Below the pieces are notes generated by a model, which had not been told where the DNA came from, did not search any database, and was given only the letters and a program-made list of their open reading frames with translations. A stretch of 64,000 nucleotides of DNA, from NCBI RefSeq assembly GCF_009914755.1, contig NC_060938.1. One strand, written 5' to 3'. The position numbers were made by a program, and so were the translations under genes. The DNA comes from the human T2T-CHM13v2.0 reference genome, Homo sapiens. This document shows, piece by piece, positions 13,470-28,262 of the stretch; positions within the stretch are counted from its first letter, which is position 1; each line of letters opens with the position of its first letter.

Positions 13470-14054
13470 CCATATGGAGCTTTTTAAAATTAAATTTGCT
13501 CAGTATGAGACAAACTTTTAAAATAGGAAGATGAAGTCTTTTTTTTAATTTCTGGGAAATTGTTAGTTGTTCTTACTTAAGATATGCCTTCTGATCATTC
13601 TCTCTGTTCTTTCTTTTTGAAAAGATTTATCCTAAATGTCTTATAATATTTCTTTTATATTTCACGTCTTTTTATTTGTTGGTGCTGGGAGCTTTCCTCA
13701 GTTCCATTTTCTGGCTCACTAATTTGTTTTACATCTGTATTTAGTTTTCTATTTAGCCCATCTTTTGAGTTTTTTAAAATTTCAAATAGAGTTTTATTTG
13801 TAGGATGTCTAATTGGTTATTTTTCTTATCATTCCTGTTTTATTCTATTTTTGCCTGCTTGTCGATTTCCTCCTTTGTGTCTTTCTGAAGATATTAAAAT
13901 TATTCATTTAAAAATTCTTTTCACTCTGTTACCTTTAGCCTGGAGTAAATTCTTCTGTTTACTAAATGTATTTGTTTTTTCGTGATATTGGTCTTCCATT
14001 TTTTTTAACTGGACTTTTTGTATGTTTGATTGCTGATACACTTTGATTTTACTG

Positions 14055-14366
14055 GGTTATTTATTTATTTTTAGAGACAGGGTCTTGCTCTACAACCCAG
14101 GCCGGATTTCAGTGATGCATCCATAGCTCATTGTAACCTCAAACTCCTGAGTTTAAGTGATCCTCCTGCCTCAGAACCTAAGCACCTGGGACTACAGGCA
14201 TGTGCCACCATACCAGGCTAATATATATATATATATTTTTTTTTTTATTTTTTTTATTTTTATTTTTTTTGTAGAGACTGTGTCTTTCCTACGTTGCTCA
14301 GGCTGCTCTTGAACTCTACCCTCCGAAAGTACTGGGATTACAGGCATGATCCACAGGACCCAGCCC
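14055..14366 (-). mobile_element. AluJ-like element, internally deleted, with an (AT)n/T-rich expanded linker
   Basis: Alu arm motifs flanking ATATATAT...TTTT at 14220-14270. Confidence 0.8.
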
Positions 14367-14777
14367 TAGATCTTCTATTTTTGATTGTGAAATAACCTCT
14401 GATTGTGAAGACACCTGCTTTAAGAGCTTTTTTCCCAAAAGAATTGTGAAAACCCAGTTGTCTCTCAGGGGATTTAGCCCCATCTTGCATGAGAAAAAGG
14501 TGGAGGTATATTGTCAGACTTTGGACACGTGGACTTCTTCCAGTATTGGAGATTTAGTTTCAGCTTCTCTTACAGTTAGGTGCTGGTATATGACTGAGTT
14601 TTGACCAATGAAATGTGAGCAGAAGTGATGTGCACCTTTTCCAGACTTGGCTCCTAAAACCTGCTGCATGGTTCTCTGTGTTCTATCTCTTCCCTGTCTG
14701 CTGACAAGATGTAGAGAATCCAGGACAGGATTTTGAGGTGTAAGGAATGCCACAGCCACAAGTTTAGGAGTTTCCGT

Positions 14778-15290
14778 TCTAGGATCCACAGACCCCCTAA
14801 ACAATTTACAGATAGAAATTAGGGAGTTCATAAACTTGATTATGGAAGAAAAATCACATATTTATTTTCACTATCTTTTATCTGAAATTTAGCATTATCT
14901 TCAGTCATGATTGAAGGCAAAAAAACTACCAAATTAGTACTTGTGACTTTGATATCAACAGAATTCACAGATTTTTCTTTAATCACAGGATAGTTGTAGA
15001 TCATTTGCATTCATGACTTCTTTGAAATTATTATAATTACTAGATTCATTTCTGGATTTTATTTCAATACCTTAGTAAAGAAGCATCTATTGCTATTTTG
15101 TTATTTTGATAACTGTATTTCAATATGATTGTTTTCATTTGTAATTCTAAGTGTTTTGTTTATTATAATCTTATGTATCTTATTTGTAATCTTATTTATT
15201 GTCTGCATTTTACTTATACTTTAAAAAAAAATCATTCTGAGAACAAGTCCAAAGCATTCACCAGACTCCCAAGGGGCCCATAGCACTCAG
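14778..15290. mobile_element. hAT-Charlie (Charlie4-like) remnant inserted in a degenerate MLT1 LTR (~14560-15370)
   Basis: Charlie4-like ATTTTCACTA..CTGAAATTTAGCATT and CATTCACCAGACT..CAAGGGG. Approximate. Confidence 0.5.
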
Positions 15291-15392
15291 GTTGACCTGT
15301 GATGTGAACAAAAAATAAATCTTTGTTGGTAGAGCATCTGAGATATTAGGGTTGTTTGTTATAGCAGTTAATGATGAATAATACCGTCTAAC

Positions 15393-15837
15393 TGTAGTGG
15401 ATTGAATTATGGCCCCTAAAAGAGATGTGTACCCAGAACCTCAGAATGTGACCTTATTTTAAATAAGGGTCTTTGTAGATCTAATTGAGGTAAAGATCTC
15501 AAGATGAGATCATTCTAGATTAGGGCAAGTCTTAAATGCAATGACAAGTATCTTTATAAGGAACAGAAAAGAAGGAGACAGCGAGAGAGAAGGTCCTGTG
15601 AGCATGGAAGCAGAGGTTGAAGATATGCAGCGACAAACCAAGGAATGCCAAGGATTGACAATGGCTTAGGAAAAAGGCATGGAACGATTTCTCTTTCATA
15701 ATCTCCAGAAGGAACCAACCCTGCTGACAACTTGACTTTGCACTTCTTTCCTCCACAACTGTGAGATAATAAATGTATGTTGTTTTAAGCTACCAGTTTG
15801 TGATAACTTGTTACAGCAGACCTAGGAAACTAATACA
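15393..15837 (+). mobile_element. MaLR solo LTR (MLT1B/C-like)
   Basis: TG...CA ends, 5-bp TSD CTAAC on both sides, AATAAA near the 3' end, terminus GGAAACTAATACA. Confidence 0.88.
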
Positions 15838-15984
15838 CTAACCGTTTTTTTCAACATAGCATCTCAGTATCATTCTTCTATACGTAAGTATCTACCTTTG
15901 CTTTATCTATTCTGTTTATTTTTCCTGTCTCTTCTTTTGCTAATTCTAACACTTAATAGCAGTATGGTTTTAAGTAAGTTAGAT

Positions 15985-16337
15985 CAGGGCTCCTCAACCC
16001 CTGGGTTGTGAACAAGTACTGGTCTGTGACCTGTTAGGAACCGGGCCGCAGAGAAGGGGGTGAGCGGTGGGTGAGTGTGCATTGCCCCCTGAGCTTCACC
16101 TCCTGTCAGATCAGCAGCGTTCATTACTTATAGGAGTGTGAATCCTACTGTGAACCATGCATGTGAGGGATCTAGGTTGCGCTCTCCTTACGAGAATCTA
16201 ATACTCAATGATCCAAGGTGGAACAATTTCATCCTGAAACCATCCCCTACTTCCCTCATCCCCTGACAACCCCAGGCCATGGAAAAACTGTCTTCCATAA
16301 AACTGGTCCCTGGTGCCAAAAAGGTTGGGGACTGCTT
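15985..16337 (+). mobile_element. MER1B (hAT-Charlie MITE) inserted in a MIR
   Basis: MER1 consensus motifs and 8-bp TSD AGTTAGAT (15977-15984 / 16338-16345). Confidence 0.9.
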
Positions 16338-16498
16338 AGTTAGATAACCTCTCTGTGCCTGTTTCCTTATCTGTAAAATGAGAATAACTATAGTCCGAAT
16401 TTATATGATTGTGTAAGGAGTAAATTTTTTTAATGCATGTGAAGTGCTTAGAGATCATGGCACTTAGTAAGCACTCAATGTTAGTTATTGTTACTTTT

Positions 16499-16914
16499 TA
16501 CATTTTATTTATTTTTTATATATTTTTATTTTTTATTTTATTTTACATTTCAGGATACATGTGCGGAATGTGCAGGTTTGTTACATAGGTATACATGTGC
16601 CATGGTGGTTTACTGCACCTATCAACCCGTCATCTAGGTTTTAAGCCCTGCATGCATTAGATATTTGTCCTAATGCTCTCCCCCTTGCCCTCCACTCCCT
16701 GTGTTGTTTCCCTCCCTGTGTCCATGTATTCTCATTGTTCAACTCCCATTTATGAGTGAGAACATGCTGTGTTTGATTTTCTGTTCCTGTGTTAGATTGC
16801 TGAGAATGATGGCTTCCAGCTTCATCCATGTCCCCACAAAGGACATGATCTCATTCTTTTTTATGGTTGCATAGTATTCCATGGTGTATATGTGCCACAT
16901 TTTCTTTATCCAAC
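16499..16914 (-). mobile_element. Short L1PA7/8-like 3' end
   Basis: T-rich tail and L1 3'UTR, TSD TGTTACTTTT at 16489-16498 / 16915-16924. Confidence 0.88.
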
Positions 16915-19844
16915 TGTTACTTTTAAATTATAGTGTTTTTCAGCATACAACATTAAATGCTTTGCACAAAAGTCACCAATAAAAGCTATGACTTTTTGTT
17001 TCCTTTCTGGAGAACTTAAGATATATGTGACTAATCATAATTAAGGTTAGGGAAAGAATTTTCTGTTAGAAGAGTAAAATATGTTGGTAATTAGACCAGC
17101 AATCACAAGTTAATGTGGCAGGGAGTAGCAATTGAAGTCATATCTGATGAGGGTTGCTTTATGGGATTAGTAATCTTTCTAGGTAGATGAAGAAAGGATT
17201 TGTACAGGTTAAGCATGGTATGTATATTCAGAGCAAAAGATACCTGGAGTCAAGCAAAATAGCAGCAGAAACTGACAATGAATTAATCACAGAGTTCACT
17301 AGGTAGAATGTGTTGAATGATGTTCAGCTTTCAAGGCAAAGGCCATCCTGGAAAAATCTTGCCTGGAATATTAAGAATGGTGGAGCATATGTAAAGGGAG
17401 TGTGCTCATTATAGAATGTGGTTAGTGTGACAGTGGTAAGGCTGTGGTGAGGGTAGGCTTGCTATATCAGCAAAAGAACATAGGGCAAAGTCACCCCCCT
17501 AAATCTTGGAGCTACAACTTGTTTCTGTGATCATGCTAGTCCTAGTGATGAACAAAAGTCACCTGACAGGTCCTTCAAATGCATACCAAATCACTGTGGT
17601 AATCCTGGGGAATAATAACAATAAAGTAACATTTATTAAGCACCAACCATGTGCCTAGTTTATTCAGCCCTAACCCTGTCTGTGCATGATCTAATACATG
17701 TAAATGACCATATGGAGGAGAGGTCCTGCTTTCAGGTAGTAAAAGTGATATTTTCTCTGCCCTGCCGTTTTCTCTCCTGAAGCCATTGCCCAAGGATTTA
17801 GATATGACAGAGAATATACAGAAGGCATTTGAGTTCCCGTGAATAGTTTGATATGAGAACTCTATGTTGCCAACATGGTACTTTACCCTTGTCTAGATGT
17901 TACTATAGAAGTTGCCCCCTTTGCCTACATTCAGGAACAGGCTCAGTTTCAGACCTGGTAGTTCTCTTCCTATTGATTTTTCCTAGCCAGTAACTTTCTG
18001 GTACAGGTAAATGTCACCTTAATACAGTCCCCACTTGCCACAAGTCGTACTATAAAACAACGCAGTACATAATGGGTATCTTTACTCCTACTAGGTACAT
18101 TTTCATGTCCTTTTTTTTCTCCTAAATATAGCCTCAAAACTCAACGTGCTTTATCTTTTACCCACCAGACCCGTGATTGTCTCTCATTCCTGCAACTCCT
18201 AATGGTGCACATCAGTGAGGGCAGAGCACTGGCACCAAGGGACTGACTAGCAGTTCATTAAGAGGGTAGATTGATTTTCCTCTAAATGTGTATGTTATCT
18301 TTGATTTACCTTTGCATATTTGAATCTGCAGATTACTTAAGTATGTACATTTTAATTTTCACATTTTTATGCACATCCTTTTTATGGTATAAAAAATTCA
18401 TGTTTTAAAAGATGAATTTGAGAACATCTTATGTGGATATGACATTGAAATTTTTAAAAATACTTATTTTCAAGTTCACTGGCTTAACCATTCTATGATT
18501 TTTTTTTTTTTGTCTCAGGCCATCGTTTGTTAGTAAAATACATTAGCTTCTATCTACTGGTAATGCCATTAATAAACCGTGGACGTCATACATTTAGTTT
18601 CTCAGCTTAGCCCAGACAAGCATAGCCTGTGGCATTTTTGAAATAACTGCTGGTGCCATTCCAACCCGATCTTCAGGCATCCTCCTATACACTCATTATC
18701 TCAAAATATATTTGCAAGTGTAGCTTGACTGAACTACTTGTGCCTGCCTGCTTGCTTGCTCTCTCTCTCTCTCTTTCTCTCTCTTTCATTGTTACTGTCT
18801 TTGGGGCTTTCTTTCTGCTGTGCCCTGAAGTCTTGAATGTTCTACTTTCTTCCAATCCAAGACTTCAATCTTTTTAAAGGTTATCTCAAGGTCCATATAT
18901 GACAAGAAACTAATTCTTACAGGCCTTTGCAATGTACCAAATAAATTATTATTTATATTGTCTGTTTTGTCATGTCAGATTGCTGTATCTATAATATAGC
19001 AGTTATATAGATTATATAGCAATTATATAGAACAAGACAGAATATAAATGAATATAATGCATTTCATGCTCTACTTTACGTTTGACTTGTTTCCTTTCTA
19101 AATACTTCACATTTGAAAGTCTTCTAAAAGACAGTGGTGTTTAAGGACTTTAGAATTAGAGTCCTGGCTCTTGCATTAACTTCCCATGTGACTTTAGGAA
19201 GTTTACCTAGCCTCTTTAAGGGGCGGTTTCCCCATTATTTGGGTTGGAGCAATAAGACCTGCCTCACGGGGATGTTTTAAGGATTCAATGAGACGTGTGT
19301 ATAATGGCAGGCAATTAAGTAAATAACTAATTGTTATTATTATTTCTCTAAAAGATTGTAGGCTTATAAGATCAGGGATCATATCATTTTTTTCAGTTGT
19401 TCTTTTTCCATGGTGATTAGCCCAGTGTTACAGAAAAAAAATAACTTGTATAATAGCCAGGTATTGAGTAAGGACAAACAATTTTCATGGCTTTCTATAT
19501 TTTATTCAGTTTTTAAAGACAGATTTATTTCTAATTGCTTATCTTTTTAGTGCTCCCTTTGTCTCAATTGTTTATTTTTAATAAAAATTTTATATATCCA
19601 TTTATCTCACTTTTATCCAGCCATCTTTTCCCCTTCCCAACCCAGACTTCTATACTCCATAATGCATTTGCTGGTCAGTTTCTTCCCTGGTTTGTGTGGG
19701 AATAATTTTACGTCATAGCATTGTGAATATGAAAATTAGATAACATAAAAAACTTCTCAGCATAGTGATTGGCACATATAATAAGCCTACTATTTTTATC
19801 CCTTTTTTCAAGACATTTGATTATTTTCCTTTCTTTGATCCACA

Positions 19845-20448
<604 letters not shown>

Positions 20449-23400
20449 CGATCCTCATTTATATTCCCATTCTTACTCTTCTATTTTCAGCCATCTATTC
20501 TTTTAAAAAGAAAGAAAAGAAAATAAAAGTATACTCAATAAGTCATGCTCCTTCTGCCAATTGTTCTCCCCTTTCATTTTTAATAGTCTCTAAGTATAGA
20601 TTCTACAACAACCCTCAAGATCAGAAAGTGTCTTTTTGTATACCTCTTGGTTAACTAGCGGAAGTTCTTCTGAATATTCTATATACATGTATTTAAGGGA
20701 AGGCTAAACTTACTTCCTGCATCAGTAAGTTGGCTCACCACTCCTAGTTGTTGAGGTGATTATCTTCTTTTTTCTCAATCATGTCATTATCTTTAGTGAG
20801 TTACTCTGCCAAGTAAATAATGAGTTCTCCATTAAGTTGGTTGCTATCATTATTATTACCATATTCATCTTTAGTTCTAATGTTCAGATTTTACAGTTTC
20901 TTAAAATTCTTCAGTGCTTAAATTTACTATTTATAATTCTATTTTAAAATAATAAAATCATAGTACTTATTATAGTTTAAGCATTGTATTTTATTATGTC
21001 ATAAATCATGCAGAAGAGTGCATGCACAGGAAAGCCACAAAAACAATGGGAAAACAACATATGGAGAAAGATTTAAGAAAAAAATATTATTTTGAAAAGA
21101 GAATGATATAAATATTGATGATATTCTTTAAATATATTTTTATACCAAGATAGCACTAGATGTTTTATTTACTGGATAACATAATGAGAAGAGATAATGC
21201 AAACTGTGATTTGAGGGCTCCTGTCTTTAAGAGAAATGGAAGGAAAATTTTCTATAGATTTTTAAGGGAGGCAAAAATAAAATTATTCTCATTGGTGATA
21301 AGATTGGCTACATAAAATAAAAACTTGTCTGATTCTGTGGTTGATTCTACTATTTGCTAAATGTAATCTTGTAATTTAAGAAAATATTCTGAAATACAAA
21401 AACTTTTTAGCATAATTATATGCACAATATCTTTCTATTTATGCATGTTTAAAAACTAGAAATATGCAGTTATTCAAATGATATGTGAACAAAGTGGGAA
21501 AATGCTTGTTATGCTGTCAAAAGAAAAAGATAAATAATAAACTATACATAGACTGTTAACTAAAATATAGTAAGAGTGCATTAAAAAGACTGAAGAAATT
21601 CACCAAAGTATTGTGATTGGTTTAGAATGAACTTTTTCTTTATGTTTCCCCATATTTTAACTTTCCTTAATGACTATGAATTGCTTGAATAATCAAGGAA
21701 ATGGAAAACAATCAATGGGCAAATATTAGCTGCATGACAACTTATTAGTTGTTTAGATCCATTGCGATAGAGTATGTAAAAGCATGTTGTAAACTATAAA
21801 CTGAAATAGGTAAATTTTTGTTATTATCAATAACTGAAGGGTAATACAGTTTATATTTTGAACTTTTTTAACGGGAGCTCTCTTTTCAGTCAATTTAATC
21901 TCATTTATTTTTGTCAATACAAATGGGTTTCCAAAACACTTGGAAAATCTCCCTGAAGAAAATAAACTGTACTATCTGCTTTGTTATTGTTTTCCCTCTC
22001 AGCTGGCTTTACCTCCTATCCTTACACCCAAACAGCAGCATCATCTCCCTCACAAAGAAAAAAGGCAAAACTATTGAGATTTCAAGTATAGTTTTATAGC
22101 AACTTTCTTGAAAAGGTAAGTTAGTTAAATCATGGGCAAAGAAAATACTAAAATTTATACGAACAAATGTGTGCCTATTAAGCAACACATTAACTGCAAG
22201 CAATTTCATATGTAAATTACCTATAATTTGAATGCAATTTTCTAAATTTTTTTAATGTGAGTAGTTCCAGAAGTTCTTTGGTGTTTAATAACATGTGCTA
22301 TTATTAAGACAGTTGTTAAAGTGCAGATGTTTTGTTCAGTGCCTGACCCTTTCAGTACACTGTCTAAGAGAATGTTGTTACTTAGAACTGAAGCCAACTA
22401 TCTTGGGCCTTTAGGCTTTCTTTCTCCTCAACATTAATTATATGTCTGATGCTTTGGTAGGCAATGGAGATTCAACTGTGAACAAGTCAGATACAGCCCT
22501 ACTCTTGGGTTGTGCAAAGTCTAGTCACACAAATATTCAAGTGTCTAGTGTGAGTCTGGCCCTGTCCTGGTAATGTTAAAGGAAAAGATACTCCATATGC
22601 TTGAAGAGCTTCTGAGTTCTTATCCTCTTGAGTGGTATTTTCCTGAGAACTTCACAGCAACTTACATTTACCCACCTACCTAGTTTTCTAAGAGAGGGGA
22701 ATTGAGAACAGAGTCAGTCAGCTTCTTTTCATTTAAAACTAGGAATCCATTTAAACTGAGGAAAATCCAGGTTTCATAAAATTGGTTAAAATAAAAGATA
22801 CTAACTCTGCCATAAAGAGTTTTAGAATTATGCTATATTCAATCATATCATTTTTGAATAAGCTAATGCCATATTGCCATATGTTCTTACAGTCATTTCA
22901 AATATGCAGACACATGGAATATGTAAATTCCAGGTAGATAAGGAACAGCATACATAAAAATCATAGTAGCTAAATCAGTGGAGGCTGTTCTTTAATTTTT
23001 ATAGATTTAATGTCCTCTAAAAGGGTCTCATTTATTCAAAAAGGGAATTTATAGGGTTTGTTTTATGGAATTTCCAAAATCTCACGATGGAAGAAGTAAA
23101 TATTACTTATTACTTTAATATTTTTATAATACCTTGCATTTAACATTTATATACTTTTACAAAAGTTCAGGGTAGGAGTTTATCATGAAAAGGCACTTCT
23201 GTGGACATCCTGATAAAGAATTCTACAACAGGTTTACTAATAGTACAGCTATTTCAGAAGTCATGTTGAAATGCAATTTAGAACAGTTTAGAAGACAGTA
23301 ATTCATTTTTTGTGGGTTAAGAATATGGGGGAAATATCACGTAACATCAAGCTATTTGAGGGAGAGAGGGCTTGCCTTTAGCAAAATGTAAAACTCCACT

Positions 23401-24533
23401 TTGCATTTATTAAATCCCTATCTTTTGTCCAGGCCAATTCTCACCTTCCACCACCACCCTACCTATGTGTTTCCCCTGATCTTTTTCCTGTACGATAGAG
23501 AATTTTGTTAAAATAGTATTCTTGGAGAAAGTCATACCACCATATGTACCCTGGCCTACTACAAAAATCAATCTCTCCTATTCCAACTGGGTTCTCGTTG
23601 CTGCTAGGCTATCTTGATATTGATCTCCCATTTATTCCCCAGCACACTTCCCTTCGCTGATACTTCAGGTCTCTCGTTGCTCACACATCTAATTCACTAC
23701 TTACCCTTTCCATTCTCAGCAGATAATAACCATCCTACTTTACTGAGAAATTCACAGATAACTAGTGTGTGCTTTCTCATTTCTGTTATCTCTACCTTAA
23801 AGCAGCAAATGTTTATTGAGTGTCAACCATATCCTAGGCAATGGTATGTCAATAGTGATGTAGCTGATTGATTTTTGTATCCATCACACCCAGAACAGTT
23901 CCTGGCACACAGTAGGTGTTCAATAAATGTTAAAATGAAAGTACCTATGAATGAAAAAATAGATCTAGTGGCTGAGATGCTTTAGCTAGAGGAGAGGGAA
24001 AGTAAGGAAACCCACAATAGGTATTGTGACCTCCTCAGATGTTCTTTCATGGTAAAGTAGGATTGTTGCTCTCTCAAAGGAAGAAGTGTTTTTTATTCCC
24101 AAGACTAAACTCATACCATCCCTTTGTGCTTCCTCTTTGAACTTGATTTGTATCTCCCAAAGGAGGACATCTTCACTGTACCTGAACACATAAACTCATA
24201 TGCTCACATGCTATCCACCACCAGCTTCAACAACTAAAATTCTACCATGCCTTGTTGACTGGAAACATCCTATTTTCATACTTCTATTTTGCATAAGTCA
24301 TTTGCAGTTTCTACAGTATACTCATTTCCTTGCCATCCATATTGTCCCCCTGCATTTTTACTTCTGTTTTATTACTCCTATTTAAAATAGGTAAAATCTC
24401 ACCTATTTTTTCTAAGACTCAGCTTGAGACTCACCCTTTCCACCAGGCTTTCTCTGGCCCCCTCATAACTGGAAGCTTCCTTGAGAGAGCCAGCATTGTC
24501 TGTGCTATTCCTATGACATATATCGTTACCTCC

Positions 24534-24883
24534 TGTCTTAGTTGTTTTGTGTTGCTATAACAGAATACCTCAGACTGGGTAATTTATAAGGAAAAATTTA
24601 TCTGGCTTATGGTTCTGGAGGCTGGTACTGGCATCTGCTCAGCATCTGGTGAGGGGTTGCTGTGTCATCCCATGGTGGAAGGTAGAAGGGCACAGAGTGT
24701 GAGAGCAAGAGCAGGAAGGGGTCCAAACTCATCTGTTTTATTAATATAAGGAATCCACTCCTGTGATAACTAACCCACTCCTGTGATAATGCGTCATCAC
24801 TACTTAGAGGTCCCATGTCTTAATACTGTCACAATGGCAATTAAAATTTAACGAGTTTTGGAGGGGACATTCAAACCATAGCA
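24534..24883 (-). mobile_element. MaLR solo LTR (MSTD/MLT1A-like)
   Basis: TGTCTTAGT..TGTTGCTATAACAGAATACC...GGGGACATTCAAACCATAGCA. Confidence 0.8.
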
Positions 24884-26509
24884 TCTGTTTTCTATTTCTA
24901 TGCAATATCATGGGTTTCATTTCCCTAACATAATCAGGGTTCAATAAATATTGGTTGGATGAGCATTGATAAACTGAATACCTTAAATGGGAATGGCAAA
25001 ATAAAAAAAAGATTAAAGTTTTACAATGTACTTTTTTTGTGTAATAACTCCAACAAACAATTTTTAATGCCATTTCTTTTCATGTCTTGTCACTCAAATG
25101 AATGAAGTTTTCAGAAATTTGTCTAGTTTCAGTCTTAGCTAGCAAGACATTGTTAGAAATGGTGGTAGTGATATCTTAGTTCCTTCCTTCTATTGTGGGA
25201 AGAAACTAATGTCTAATATAATATGTGTTACAAAAGACTCAATTTATCCAATAAAACTTCAAGACAATTTCAAAGGACCTCTGACAGACTGATTTCTGAA
25301 CCAATTCCAAGATGTATTACTTAAGACTACAAATGAGGATTTCTGGTTTGCTTTCAAATGGTTCTGATGTTCCTCATTTTGTTATGTTTTTCAGTTGGTG
25401 CTGGTATCGCTGTACCTCTCAAATAGCTTCCCCATTTTGACTAAGAATGAAGAACTTCTTGGACAAAGAACTTGTAAAAATCAGGTACAATAATAAAGTT
25501 GTGAATGGTTCTTGGAATTTGCTAAAATGAAATGCTGCATCTAAGTGCAATGTAAGTGCAACGTCTTAGCCATGTAAGATCATTATCATAAAGTAATCAT
25601 CGTGATTAAAAAAAACTCTAATTGAATCATTATTCTTTCCAAAAGATCAGAATTCTAAGAATACTTCTCAGAAGCTCTCAAGTTTAATATGGAGCAGGAA
25701 ATATTGCAATGAGTCCTCAGGAGTGAGAAATTTTAAAAATTAAAAAAAAAACCAGTTGTGCCATTCTTTCATTATGCTTTTTAATCATTTCATTATTCAT
25801 AACTATACAGTACTTACATGTGGTGAAGAATGTAGTCATAGGGGAATGTATTTGTCAGCATACTGATATGTAAAAGAGAATAAAAGTAAAAACAAAATAA
25901 GAATACTCAGTGGGTTCTCATATTTCATATTTGAAACTTCAGATATATGTTCCTTTTTTGAAACACATGAAAACATTTATATATTTATGCTATAAACAGG
26001 TAAAAACAACTCTTAAATAGATCAGCAGAGCCAGATCAGCAATTTCTTATCTTGACTAAATGGACATACCAACAGCAAAATAAAGCCAAAAATAGGCATA
26101 TAATATAATTTTACAGCTGCATCTATGAGGACACAAGTGATATTTTAATATTCAATCAGAAATATTACATACAAAAGTTATGGAAATCTACCACTAAATT
26201 TTCTGGTGGTTAAGATTTTAATGGAGTGTGTGATCACTATAAAATTTTAAAATTTCAAAATAATGTGCCAAGTTTGAAGGGACAATGCATACCAAAGGGG
26301 AGAAAGAAATGTAATTGTCAACAACTCAGTAAGAAGATGTTTGAAGGATCTATTGAGCTTAATTCTTTACCTACCAGTTTCAGAAATGAAATGCCCAATC
26401 TAATATACTTCTGGATCATATTTGAAGATGATTTAATTTAGCCAGTCATTCTGTTTTTCACTCTCCTCCCATTTTGGCATACTGTGTCCCACCTTGACAT
26501 TAAGAAGTT

Positions 26510-26895
26510 ATTAGTCAGCCTAGGAGAGGCTGTGCTGCAGTAATCAACGTTGGTGGCTTAAAATGGCAAGTTTGTTTCTTACTCCTTTTACATGGTGGCC
26601 ATAAGTTGGCCTGGGACTCTGCTCTACATTTTCCTCATTTAAGGACCCTGGCTGAGAAGGAGGCTCCATCTTCATTCTTCCACAAATACTGCAGCAAAGA
26701 AAAAGTAAAATGGCAAATAGCACACAGACTATTAAAGCTTCTCCTTAGAATTACTGTTTGTCACTTCTGATCACACTAATTGATCAAAGCAAATCACATG
26801 GCCATGTTAATTTCAAATGGGGTCAAGAAGAGTAATCCCCTCATGTGCCTAGAAGGAAAAAAGCCAGAATGTTTAGTGCACTAATGATTTCCACA
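26510..26895 (-). mobile_element. Degenerate MLT1 LTR
   Basis: GGTGGCTTAAAA..., AAAGCAAATCACATGGCCA and terminal ...ATTTCCACA motifs. Approximate. Confidence 0.55.
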
Positions 26896-27126
26896 GGAAA
26901 TTTCCACAGGAAAGATTAGAGATGGCAACTCTTCTAACCGATTCTTAGTTCAATCCAGATTTCGGTGTGGGATTTCTTCCTTTTCTAGTTGTAGAACTCT
27001 GGGAGTATATCAATAACTCTCTTCAAGGATTTATGAGAGAATAGTATATGAAGCATTAGGATCAACTGTTTTACAATTCATTCATTCATTTATTTATAGA
27101 TTCATGGTCTTTCTTTTGCCCTCAAG

Positions 27127-27844
27127 TGAGAGGTGAAGCCAGCTGGACTTCCTGGGTCAAGTGTGGACTTGGAGAACTCTTCTGTCTAGCTAGAGGATTG
27201 TAAATGCACCGATCAGTGCTGTGTATCTAGCTAAAGGATTGTAAATGCACCAATCAGCACTCTGTAAAAACGTACCAATCAGCTCTCTGTGTCTAGCTAA
27301 AGGATTGTAAACACACCAATCAGCACTATGTAAAATGGACCAATCAGTGCTCTGTAAAACGGGCCAATCAGCAGGATGTGGGCAGGGCCAAATAAGGGAC
27401 TAAAAGCTGACCACCGGAGCCAGCAGCAGCAACCTGCTCGGGTCCCCTTCCATGCTGTGGAAGCTTTGTTCTTTCACTCTTCACAATAAATCTTGCTGCT
27501 GCTCACTCTTTAGGTCCACGCTACCTTTATGCGCTGTAACACTCACTGCAAGGGTCTGCAGCTTCATTCCTGAAGTCAGCGAGACCACGAACCCACTGGG
27601 AGGAACAAACAACTCTGGACGCGCCACCTTTAAGAGCTGTAACACACACTGTGAAGGTCTGCGGCTTCACTCCTGAAGTCAGCGAGACCACGAACCCGCT
27701 GGAAGGAATAAACTCCGGAGACATTGGAAGGAAGAAACTCCAGACACACCATCTTTAAGAGCTGTAACACCACGAAGGTCTGCGGCTTTATTCTCGAAGT
27801 CAGCATGACCAAGAATCCACTGGAAGGAACCAATTCCGGGCACA
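27127..27844 (+). mobile_element. ERV9 solo LTR (LTR12 family, LTR12F-like)
   Basis: TGAGAGGTGAAGCCAGCTGG...GGGCACA, 4-bp TSD CAAG (27123-27126 / 27845-27848), tandem CCAATCAG repeats, AATAAA ~27485, U5 tandem repeats. Confidence 0.93.
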
Positions 27845-27947
27845 CAAGGAGGATATAATTTGGTAGAAAATATAGATCTAGGCTCCATGAATCAATTAGG
27901 AGGATGAGGCTAGCCATCATATCATTCAAGTGAATGGTGATAGGTCA

Positions 27948-28262
<315 letters not shown>

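Noticed and set aside
27452-27929. Overlapping ORFs and ~80-nt tandem units resembling a CRISPR-like array
   Set aside because: These are the normal U3/U5 tandem repeats of LTR12; there are no unique spacers and the context is eukaryotic.
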